DNA of 61,731 nt, counting the filler, from Circinaria calcarea (lineage: Eukaryota): assembly GCA_051942165.1 (NCBI GenBank). It is 12 parts of 12 records of this genome, joined end to end, with 100 filler letters (N's around TTAATTAATTAA, not from the genome) between each part and the next. Parts side by side here need not be neighbours in the genome. Positions count along the whole stretch, not along the records: positions 10,321 to 15,379 come from JAVECS010002064.1; positions 15,480 to 20,538 come from JAVECS010002065.1; positions 20,639 to 25,696 come from JAVECS010002066.1; 9 more parts are not named here. One strand, 5' to 3'. A program made the position numbers and the translations under genes. The notes beneath the pieces were generated by a model. It saw only the letters and a list, made by a program, of their open reading frames with translations, searched no databases and was not told where the DNA came from. Positions 12,957 to 22,942 of this stretch are shown here, one piece after another (within the stretch, counting starts at the first letter, position 1; the number at the start of each line of letters is the position of its first letter).

Positions 12957-13480
12957 TTACCCTTTGGTTGTGTCCCCAATTGCAAAAACGGCAAGTTGGG
13001 CCATGCCGGAGCGGTCCTCTAAGTAATACGATCGCCCAATGTCGTTTGCCAATGCTATGAGCTTTCGCTCTTCGAGTTCTGCTGCCTCACCCTCGGCTCC
13101 ATCAGCCCGTTCAAATCCCTCGGTTTCTTCGGCAGGAAAAGCACATCGCGTAGTCCTGAATCGGTCTACCGAGGCTGGAACGAAATGAGCATATGCGCAC
13201 TGGTTGAAGAAATAGCAATGAGGTTTTCCACCATTGGCAATAGATTTTTCGAAAAGGTGCATCTAAATTGCTGCGACTGTAATCTCTGGGCCTGGATGAG
13301 CAGTGCCTTAATCTCCTTATTTGCTGGTAGGTACGTAGACGGAACGACAAACCCTGAGTAATAGTGGCATGTGGGACAGTAAAGATACGCAACGCCTTCG
13401 AGGACGTCCTTCGCCTTGTACTTCATGATACAATCCTAATAGAAGATATCATCGCAGTTCGATAGGAGACCAAAAGGAGA
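12957..13480 (-). pseudogene. Makorin-like RING/CCCH zinc-finger E3 ligase pseudogene fragment
   Basis: PFGLLSNCDDIFY*DCIMKYK...CPTCHYYSGFVVPS...KALLIQ...RC, then a frameshift, then LFEKS...PHCYFFNQCAYAH. This follows the makorin FGLLxxCxHxFCxxCI / CPxC..FVxPS / CxYF..C..C.YxH pattern. Stop at 13436-13438. Confidence 0.65.
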
Positions 13481-14967
13481 TGCGGCTAAGTGCTTTGCAA
13501 AGGTTTTGGTTGCTTGGGGAGAACGATGACGTTATGCTGTGTGAGAAGCGGCAGGAATCTCCATTTCTACATTCCTTCATTTATCTGCACGGCTTGGCAT
13601 TTGGCTTTTGCTTATGGGGTATGATGAAGTGTTCTGATAGTTGGAAGTCGTAAATGAGGTCGGTGAAACTGCGAGAAGTTTCCCTGAATTGATTGGACCA
13701 GCAATGCGGTTCGGCACGGCCTGTTAGTGCCCGGCTACGCTAGTACAGCCCTGCCAGCTTTGCGACTTGTGGACTACATCGTACACACCTTAAGGTATAT
13801 ACTTTGTCTTGTATTTTGTGTCTGAGCTCGTAAGAATAGGGCTAAAACCCTATGAGCAGGACGTGTCTTTCATCCTCACAGTCCCAATAGTCCAAGAAAA
13901 TGGAGTGGCTGATCCAGATCTTTTCTTCGGCAGTCAGTTGATTTCAAGCCCTTCGATCGGACAGTCGGACTGTTGCCAACACCGTGGCTTTTGGCCACAG
14001 AGAGGAATGTCCTGATCGTAGCATCGAGAGTACGCGAGTAGATGTGTTCTTGTAGGGAAAGGCCCGGCAATGTATAAAAATACCGGATCAGCGAGCGTTA
14101 TTGGTGACTCGATGGGTGATCAAGATAAGGTATAAAGAAGTCAAGAGTCACCAGTCGTCGGCCGCGTATCCAAAGGCTCGAGCAAGGGATAGGATTTAAT
14201 GGTTTGAGAGTCAAGCAGAAGTGCAGAGATCAATCAAAACCTGAGGTGCATCCATCGATCCAGGCGCTACAACTTGAAAGGGATAAGGCAGAATTGATGC
14301 CATCGAGATTCACACCAGTTTCAAACTCTGTCAATACAATAGCTGAGAAGATATATCAACTCATTATCGACTCACTCGATCAATGCGAGTTCAGCACATA
14401 CCGAAAATCGGTATTGTCAGAGACCGCATGGGTCTTTCAATATCGAGGTAGCTCCGCCATTCGATTATCCAACCCTTTGCGTTAAGCAGCTTGATTCTGT
14501 TAGAGTCTGAGTGACTGGAGAACAAATGGAAGTATCCTTTGCCTGCTTCGATCCTCTGACGCAGAGACTGTAAAACCAGCCGATTCGTGGTCCGGTTCCA
14601 TGATCCGATCACTACAGCGGAGTGTTAGTGCCTTGATCCTGCAGTGAAACCATGGGATCTGTGGGACCTGCAAGCAGTGTGCCCAAGTGTATATTTTCCC
14701 CACGCTTGATATAGGAATTATGTTTAGTTGTCATACTACCTTCCTAAGTGATTGAAATTCAGTCATGCCCCTTAATCTGTAAGTACTTAAAAAAAAGAAG
14801 AAGAAGAAAAGTTAGGTTGTTATCTCATGTTCTCTACTGCAATATCCACAGTTTGGTATTGTGTTTATTATTTAATAAATTACACATTATATTTTACAGG
14901 CACAGTTGGTTTTCCATACTCTCTCAAGTATATTCTCACGCTATGCCACGCGCCTTTCATGTCCGCT

Positions 14968-15379
14968 TCAGACTGTAATCGTAGTGCAGCTAAGAGTAAC
15001 AGGGATAAACTGTGTTTCCTCTTCTTAGCGCTTCTTCTCATTTCTTTTACTAGGGGAACGAAGCAATCTCATCGGAGAAGGGCCACATACCAAAATACTA
15101 CCGCCCGTGCAACAGGCAGGTGTTGTGGGGCACAGCCCTCCTGCTGTAACTGTATAGCGACGTATATTGTAAGCGCTTACGTTGCATTGAGGCAAGATGA
15201 ACAAGGAAAACTCACGAGCTGCGCAACTCAAGCCTATCGGGGCAGTTATACCCTGTAAAAGTTGACCAAGAAATCCAAGCTGCCCGAGAAGGTTCGAGAC
15301 AAGCCCAACCGCGGTACAGCATTTAAGGTTAACTGCTGGACAGGTGCCCACAGTAACAGCCGTGTCCACTGGGACCGGA
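14968..15379 (-). CDS. Class I hydrophobin (5' end/signal peptide lost in gap)
   Basis: After removing introns 15150-15215 and 15010-15090 the pattern is C-x6-CC-x30-C-x8-C-x5-CC-x13-C (TCPAVNLKCC...GLSC AALTAGGLCPTTPACC TGGSILFIPVTLSCTTITV*). Confidence 0.88.
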
Positions 15380-15479
15380 NNNNNNNNNNNNNNNNNNNNN
15401 NNNNNNNNNNNNNNNNNNNNNNNTTAATTAATTAANNNNNNNNNNNNNNNNNNNNNNNNNNNNNNNNNNNNNNNNNNNN

Positions 15480-16714
15480 TACTCCAACTGATCCTCTAAG
15501 CCTTGACCGGATGCCTCTGGAGGTGGCAAGTATCTCGAGGCTGCTGCTCCAGTGCTCCGAGTCATGATAGTATGTAGTTGAGAATTGAGGACTTCAAGCT
15601 TTTCTTCCGCAGCATGGTTGGAGTATTCTAATCCTCTTCTTACATTCATTTGCAGATTACCCATGGCATCCAAACAGCTATCAAGGAAGTCTAGCTGCTC
15701 CAAGAGGACTTTGCCCGAATTCAAAGGCTTCTCATCGAGTTCGCGAGGTCGTTGTGGAAGGTCCTCTTTTCGAGGCTTCATTTGGAGGATCATATCTCTT
15801 AACCTAGCATTGAGATCTTCGACTCTTATTCCAACGTCCACAATCATCTGGGTCTGCTGCGCAAATTCGGCACTAGAGTGATCGAAGTAAGAGCTGCCAG
15901 AAGTCATCCTATAGTCTTCTAGTCCAGGGTATGGATGATACTGGCTTTTATCGCCAAAATCCACTATGTTATCTACGATGCCTGTTGTGTCCAACTGGCT
16001 TTCTGTGTTTCTGGTAACGTTCAAAGTAGGTTCTTCCGCGAAATATCCTTTGTGAGTTATCTGTAATACCCCCGCAGTGTGTTCTAAAATTCTCCTCTGT
16101 ACATCTTGCTCTTGCTTCTCCAGTTGCCACAACGCTTGCGCCAAATCCTCGCACTTCTTCGCACTCTCCCGGACCTCACCATCCGTCCTCCCGAAAAGGT
16201 CACTTCCGCTACCTTTGCTACCTATGGCGCTCCCTCGATGTCTCTTCGGTGAGCTAGACGGGCTCTCAATACCCAATTCACGAGCTTTGGGAGGGTATAG
16301 TCGACTGACATTTTGGGTTGCATCTCGAAGCTTCGTCTCCAGGAGGAGCTTCCGCTTCGTTGCGTCAATGCGGCTCAGGACGATAGAAAGGTTCTTCTTC
16401 AGCTGGTCTAACTCATCGGGGGAAGTAATTTCATAGCACTGGCTATCGTCCAGGGCTGTCGCCGTCAGAAGGTGCAGGGATATGGGGTCTTTGATGTCGA
16501 CTCGAATAGATCTGGAGGAATGAGATTCCCTTGGCTGTCGATTTGGTCAGTGTGACGGCAGGCAGCACAGTATCGAATAACGTACTCCATAGTCCTTGGA
16601 ACTGTCGCCATTATTCCCCAGCGAGCTTCGGTATCCGTCGAGTAGCACTTTGGCTGATGATTGAACATTTGATCCGGGGCCATATGAGACCTTACGAAAG
16701 TCATGACCATTCAT
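15480..16714 (-). CDS. Uds1 (up-regulated during septation)-domain coiled-coil protein, 5' part
   Basis: Spliced MNGHDFRKVSYG...|...KDPISLHLLTATALDDSQCYEITSPDELDQLKKNL...RIDATKRKLLLETKLRDA...KCEDLAQALWQLEK...RRILEHTAGVLQITH. Confidence 0.8.
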
Positions 16715-17817
16715 AATGCCCGAATGTATCTAGACCAGATCTACATAGGTTGGGATAGGTAGACCTCTAAGCTAGTCAATCAAACGGGGTTGTGGGAAAG
16801 TCCGGCTTTGCAAGGGCATCTGGCGGTCATTCTCCGACTGAAAAGTATGGATTGCACCGCATCAAAGATTTGAGCTCTATTAATACGATGTCGGTCCATG
16901 CAAGGCGTTGGACACGCTCGAAGAGTTGGATATGGGTTTTGCGACGCAGTATATGTTGCTGCGATCAGGCCATCAAGCATGAATGCTTTGCGCCCTTAAG
17001 CGGGCGGCTAAGTCAACCGCCAGGTGCGCTTTCCGGCTTTTCAAGTCTCTAACGTCGACATTATTTTCATCATTCATCTACCTCCGTATATTAGCAATCA
17101 ACGAGATGATTGGTTCATGTTTCAACTCATGGAGTGGCTAGGAAGCGCTACAACATCAATCAAGATATTAATTTTCGCTTACCGTCCTCTCGCGCGTGTC
17201 CTTCACTCCCTATTCATTAGCACCCCTGGGAGAAAATACGCCCATGACACCGAAGGATTGAGTAGGATTCCCTGAAACGGAAACTTTTTCGCATTTCATT
17301 GTCTGCCGGGAATTATTCCTAAGCCGGAAACGATTACATTGATTTAGAACAGCGAAAGCCTCCGTGTTCTTAGTAGGTAGGTTGCCGCTGTACCATGTAT
17401 CTTGTTGGTATCCTGCCAGGCCTTCTTATGGACAGTTGGTACAGCAAGGCTTGGATTCTAAGCAGTGTGCCACCCGAATACTTGCTAACGAGAGTTTAAA
17501 TTGCTCTCCCGTATTTGCATCGTGTCTGCTTTGTACTTTGATATTCTTATATCTCGCTATACACTGCTGCATCCCCATCAGTGTCCGACACTCCGTTCGC
17601 GTTCACTGTCTTTAAGCATCATGGCCTCTTGTGCATCGCCAATTAGCTCTTCGCCCGATCAAGGGTGAATATGCTCAAACCGAGAGATACTTGTATCAGA
17701 TAACCCTGACACCCTCAGCGTTAGAGTTATCTCTGCTACGCCTAAGTTTATTGCCCTTACTTCCCCTAGCTCTAAAATCCACATCCTCGATGCAGACAGA
17801 GTACGCCAAACGGCTCC

Positions 17818-18180
17818 ACATGGTTCTCCTAGGAAAGCGACCTGTTTGACGTCCTGCGCAAACACAAATACTCTGATCAGCAGAGAGGCCCATGGAGATC
17901 TCACGCTGCAAATATGGGATATATTCTCTTAGTCAGTAAGTTCTATGCAACTGAGACTTTCTATTCGGTCGGCCTACTAGGAATACCCTCAAGATGCTAC
18001 CCCATGACATGCTCGCCTCCAGCAGTGTTGATAGGGGAGTCAGGATCTTGAATATTTTGGGTGGGATGTTGCATGCACAATTAGAAGCTCCTACTGGGGA
18101 AACATTTTCTATGGCTTCCTCCGACAACGGCAGTTCTATTATTGCAGGGGGCGTGGATGGAACAATCAATATTTAAGACT
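17818..18180 (+). pseudogene. Degenerate WD40-repeat gene relic
   Basis: Fragments GHGDLTLQIWD (ending 17920), LASSSVDRGVRIL and IIAGGVDGTINI*D, where the Trp codon position reads TAA (18174-18176). Frames are broken. Confidence 0.45.
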
Positions 18181-19261
18181 CCCAAGACGGGTACATTAGA
18201 TTGTCTCTCAGAATGCCTTCGTTATTGGCATATGCAGCTCTATCAAAGCATTCATTCCTGGCTAAGATGGTATCGTATCACACCTTAAAGTACGCGATAG
18301 TCAGTTATTGGTATTGGCTGACCATCGCAGCCCGCTAGAGATATTCAACTTACGCATGTATCGGCGAGAGATCATGTTGACACCGCATTCCCGTGTAGAA
18401 GACGCTTCATGCATATGTGACATTATGTCGCTAAATGCTACGAAGACGGTTACAGTAACTCAGACCGGCGAGTTTTTCAGCCCGGCAAAGGTCCATGGCA
18501 GAATTGGCTCAGACTTTGGAATGTAGAGGTAAGAGTTGCTATCCTGCTGGAAGAGGAGGGTTGTAACATAAACGTTGTTCTGTAAGTTGTGGGCATGGAA
18601 CAAGGAAAGACTGCTGTGCTGTTGATAAAGGGTGAAAAGGAAGTCATTCATTAATTTCTCTTAAATGATGAGGATGTGAATAGGGAAGGCCGTCAATCGA
18701 AGAAATCAAGTTTAATCAAACATAATCACTATCTAATCCCTGTCACGATGCTTATCAACTGGGACACATCTGGCGTCCTTTCCCCAGTTACATGCGGCAC
18801 GGACACTGGTCATGGCGTGGCTGCCTGACCAACATGTTAAAAGACATCTATACCACACAAATCACCAACGCTACCAACACTACCAACACTACCAACGAAG
18901 GGGAAATGAACACGGCGCTTCGAGGAGTTTGTGGTACGCGGCTGCGTGCATAATTCTACCCTCGCCACAGCCCTACAGCAATTGCTGTTTTATAGGCGCT
19001 TATGAAACAGTCAAGGCTGTCATTCTATTCCCTAGTTTTCAACGGTAAAACCCCATGCTACAACTGTTTATGGGTCGCACAACATTACTAACTGCTGTTC
19101 ACAGCCGGTCAGTGCAACCATTGACCGGCGTGACCAACGTGATAGCCTTGAGGGACTTGGTTTTGAAAAGTGTTGACATTTCTAAAACAAACTGAGTGGG
19201 CCTATGGCGAAGATGTCTATGGTCACAATGTACATAAGAACTCACTTCGCTCAGCTTTACT

Positions 19262-19301
19262 CCAGCATCAGAGAACCAGCATCAGAGAACCAGCATCAGA
19301 G
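19262..19301 (+). repeat. 14-bp tandem repeat (CCAGCATCAGAGAA x2.9) in the presumed 5' UTR
   Basis: Directly visible about 70 nt upstream of the ATG at 19370. Confidence 0.9.
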
Positions 19302-19369
19302 CACTAATTAAAACTCAATCTCATCCAAAGAATTCATCAACTATCCACATAATCATACAATCAGCTAAA

Positions 19370-19881
19370 ATGCAATTCCCCAAATCGATCGTCCTTGCCA
19401 TCATGTCCATTTCCATTGCAGCAAATGCGCAGGCCAACCTGTACCCTCGATCTGCTGAAGCTAATCTCTACTACCGAGAAGCAGAAGCCGGTGTCCATGA
19501 AAGAAACGCAGAAGCTGAGTTATACCAAAGAGACGCCGAAGCCGAAGTAGGTGCCAGGAATGCAAGGAACGCCGCGCGTTTCATGGCAGCCAAACGAGTA
19601 GGTGTCAATTCCTCCGCCATTAATTCTACGTGCAGTTTCTAATACATTTGCAGGCCCTCGCAAGAAGACTCGAATATTGTCCAACCATAGAGTGCAAGAC
19701 AGCACAAACATGCATCGACATCAGTAATGGAGTGTGCGTCGAGTGTCAAAATGGGAAATGTGTTGCAGCGCCGCAAGGGCCTCCTCCTAATCGACCACTT
19801 CCCCCACTGCCAGCAGGCCATGGTGTAGGCCATGGTGCTGGTAGTGGTGCCGGTCGAAGTGGTGGCCGAGGTCGGCACTAG
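19370..19881 (+). CDS. Secreted Kex2/Ste13-type repeat precursor with a C-terminal 6-Cys peptide (151 aa, 2 exons)
   Basis: Signal peptide MQFPKSIVLAIMSISIAANAQA, five 9-aa repeats, then KR. Intron 19598-19653 (GTAGGT..CTAAT..CAG) joins in frame to ALARR-LEYCPTIECKTAQTCIDISNGVCVECQNGKCV followed by a Pro/Gly tail. Confidence 0.85.
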
Positions 19882-20204
19882 GTAAGAGGTGAAAAATTGC
19901 TTCGTTACTTTGATGGATGATCAATGGGACGTAAGCATGCGGAGGGACACCTCGTCTACATTCAAAGCTAGCGGGACATAAAGGGGGGAGAACGGTGGAG
20001 AATGGACCTGGTCAAGATTGCAGCACTTCATCTTTCAGCTTCTGATTTTGTTTTCTCTCGGTTCTAGTTTGTATTCTAGTATTAGCTGCAATGAGTCTTT
20101 TGCTACCCTTGGCCGTTGCACTCTCTTCCTTCCTTTTTGAATCTACTCAGTTCAGTCCTACCACAACGTGTTTCTAATCTGTTTCACAATACTCTGCCGA
20201 CTGC

Positions 20205-20538
20205 TTATTTCACCAGGACGCGAACACCTTTAGTGCCTTTTTTGGGCTGCGGCCCGAACATGACGCGCGCCAACTGTACAGCCGATTTGTCTGTCTGATA
20301 CAGCTCAAAGTCGAATCGCCTGAAGAGGGCCGCAATTGCAACCTGCAGCTCCGCATAGGCCAGACTCATACCGGCGCAAATGCGTGTTCCTTTGCCAAAC
20401 GACGCCATATATCTTGACAACTTTTTACCCTGCGGGCTTCTTGGGTCATCGAGCCAGCGTTCGGGCTTAAAGTCCCAGGAGTCGGGGTAGATGACCTCGT
20501 TGTGGTGCATGGAAAATGTCTGAATGCTGACAGGGGTG
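20205..20538 (-). CDS. Cytochrome P450, 3' end
   Basis: PERW motif (FKPERWL) and heme motif FGKGTRICAG. The 5' part is lost in the gap. Confidence 0.93.
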
Positions 20539-21165
20539 NNNNNNNNNNNNNNNNNNNNNNNNNNNNNNNNNNNNNNNNNNNNTTAATTAATTAANNNNNN
20601 NNNNNNNNNNNNNNNNNNNNNNNNNNNNNNNNNNNNNNCCCTCCCCCCCTCAAAATCGAGGCGGGTGAGCAAAAGTCGTTGCCCGAAAATAACATGATAC
20701 TGGAGGACCCCTTACTTGTACATGACAGCTGGTCGATGCGTACAAGGACCTTGAATGTATAGAAGTTTTTGTTTAAAAACTCGCGCTATAGGTAGTGGGA
20801 ACGGAACACCCTCCACCACCACCTCCCCCAATACACTGATTGTAATATTCGAGGGTCGTGGGGTCGCCGGAAGTGTTTCTTCAGCCGCAATGACTTTTGC
20901 ACACCGGCCCTCGAAAGTAAGATGGGAAAAAAGTAAACAGTTGGCGAGTGGAATTTGAAATAGTTGAACGTTTTAGAAAACAAAGGGGGGTAGTATCCAA
21001 AGCGATACGCCAAAGGTACAGGAGCCCAAATTTGCTGTTGCAGGTCTTTCGTTGCTGGCCCGAGAATGTGGAGTTGTCACTCGTGAAAGTGGTCGGGGGG
21101 GGTGCAGCAGCAACCCCCATTTCCCATAATCTCAGCACCTTAGACCTGAGTGACCGCCAGCACTG

Positions 21166-21708
21166 CTAGCGTGCAACCCCAAACCCCGATCTCGACTCCG
21201 CAACCATATCTCCCGGCTCCCCATCCACAGGCCTCCTCACCCGAAACCGGTTCTGCCCCCCCTTTTCCGCCTCCCTCGACTCCCGCTCCAAAACCTCCCA
21301 CTCCTGATCACCCATCCGCCCCGTATCCTTGCCCATGAGCGCCTTCCCCGCCTCCGGCCCCGCCAGCTCATCCATGCAGCTCTGTGAGCATATGCCCGAC
21401 AGATCCATTTCTTGCGCCAGGGTCGCCGAGATGCCCGCAGAGGGGTTTCCGGGCCGGCTGAGGTCGTACCAGAGCATGCAGCCGGGACAGATGCGGTTGG
21501 TGTCCCGGGATTTGTTGTAGAGGAGGAGTTCGAGCTCCTTGGCGGGGATGTGCATTTGGGAGAACTGGGCGCGAGTGGAGGGGTCCGTCCAGGTTGACTT
21601 GTTGGGGTCGGTGGAGATGGGCGCGCTGCAGGGAGAGGCGAGGAAGGCGGGGAGATCGGTGATATAGAGACCATTAGGCCCAGATCGGAGGAAGGGCGCG
21701 ATGGACAT
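21166..21708 (-). CDS. Hypothetical 180-aa protein with ICPGC and SGICSQSC Cys motifs
   Basis: Intronless ATG-initiated ORF with GC3-rich codon usage. Two Cys pairs suggest Zn binding. Confidence 0.6.
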   Translation of the reverse strand: MSIAPFLRSGPNGLYITDLPAFLASPCSAPISTDPNKSTWTDPSTRAQFSQMHIPAKELELLLYNKSRDTNRICPGCMLWYDLSRPGNPSAGISATLAQEMDLSGICSQSCMDELAGPEAGKALMGKDTGRMGDQEWEVLERESREAEKGGQNRFRVRRPVDGEPGDMVAESRSGFGVAR

Positions 21709-22942
21709 TGTGAGGGATTGCTTGGAGAGGGCAGCTGAGTTAGGTTACTGAGCTTTCGATGTACGGTGTTTTGTTAGCGGAGACAAGGGTAGAATCGAGT
21801 CTACTACACACCTGCGGGTGCTTAGGCAAGTCGAGGGTAGGAAAGAGAGCAGTGTGTCTAGGATGATCCGGATCCGCCGCAATAGTTTTCTGAAGCAGAA
21901 TTACTGTGTGTATGTTTTAACCATGAAGCACGAAGGGTCCATGTGTGCGAGGGCATCTTGCAAGCGGGATATTGACTACCGTAGGATAGCTGCAATCAAC
22001 ACGTCAATACGGAGTTTCTACCGTTTCTCTGGCCCTGTACATCCATAGCCCTATTGTAGCTTGGCGACTAAGCGGGTAGACACGGTGGAGGAGTGTTTTA
22101 GGAGTACTGTGGTCGCAGGCATAACAGATGTTAGCGCGGGTTTCGACCAATTCCGGTATACTCAGCAAAGGCTGTATAAATTCTTTTTCGAAAGAGGTGT
22201 GATATGAAGGGCATCCTCCGGTGTATATGCCAGCTCTCTGTATGAAATCAAAGTGTCGTTTGGGCCTTCTAAAGACAACCACGCTAACATCTGTTATGCC
22301 TGCGATCACAGTAAATACCACATAAGTCTGCTGCCAAAATCAACAAGGCTACGATATATCACTATTATTCCGTAGCTGCCATTAAATTTTGGCAATATTC
22401 CGTTGGTGCTAAGTAATGTATCGTTTCAGGCTCTACACAATTGAGGGATTACAGTTAACATAAAATTTCAGAGCCAGGTTATTATTCATTAGTTGTTACA
22501 TTCTCTACGGCTTACTATCATAATAAAGGGTTAAGCTGGCAATGAGAGGAGGCAAGTCAAGGTCCTTGAATGCGTCGTGATATGCTTCCAAGCTAGAACC
22601 CTTGATTAACATGTGTGTAGAAGCGCTTGGGTGGTCCGTGGCATACACCGAGAGTTGAGGGAATTTGATTGAAGCCGTCAGGAACAGGGGACACACATAG
22701 AACAGCTCTAATATCATCATTACGCTTGACTTGTAGACATTTTCCTAGGTCGATATGCCTCTAAGATGGATTTTGTCTACCGCAAAGGGACCTATACACC
22801 ACTTTTTTTCGAAACCAAGCGATTGAGGCTTACCCAGAGAACACAGCTGATTGCAGCATGCACCATTGAGCCTAAGCCACCCCCAGCGAACCGCTAAGAT
22901 GGAAACAAATGTATAAAGAGGAAAAGCTTACAATCCGCCACC

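Noticed and set aside
18862..18897. (CACTACCAA)n-like short repeat encoding HQRYQHYQHYQR
   Set aside because: A short microsatellite in intergenic DNA; the ORF is not credible.
22004..22720. Two minus-strand ORFs downstream of YME1 as a gene or pseudogene
   Set aside because: No recognisable motifs and no convincing splice model.
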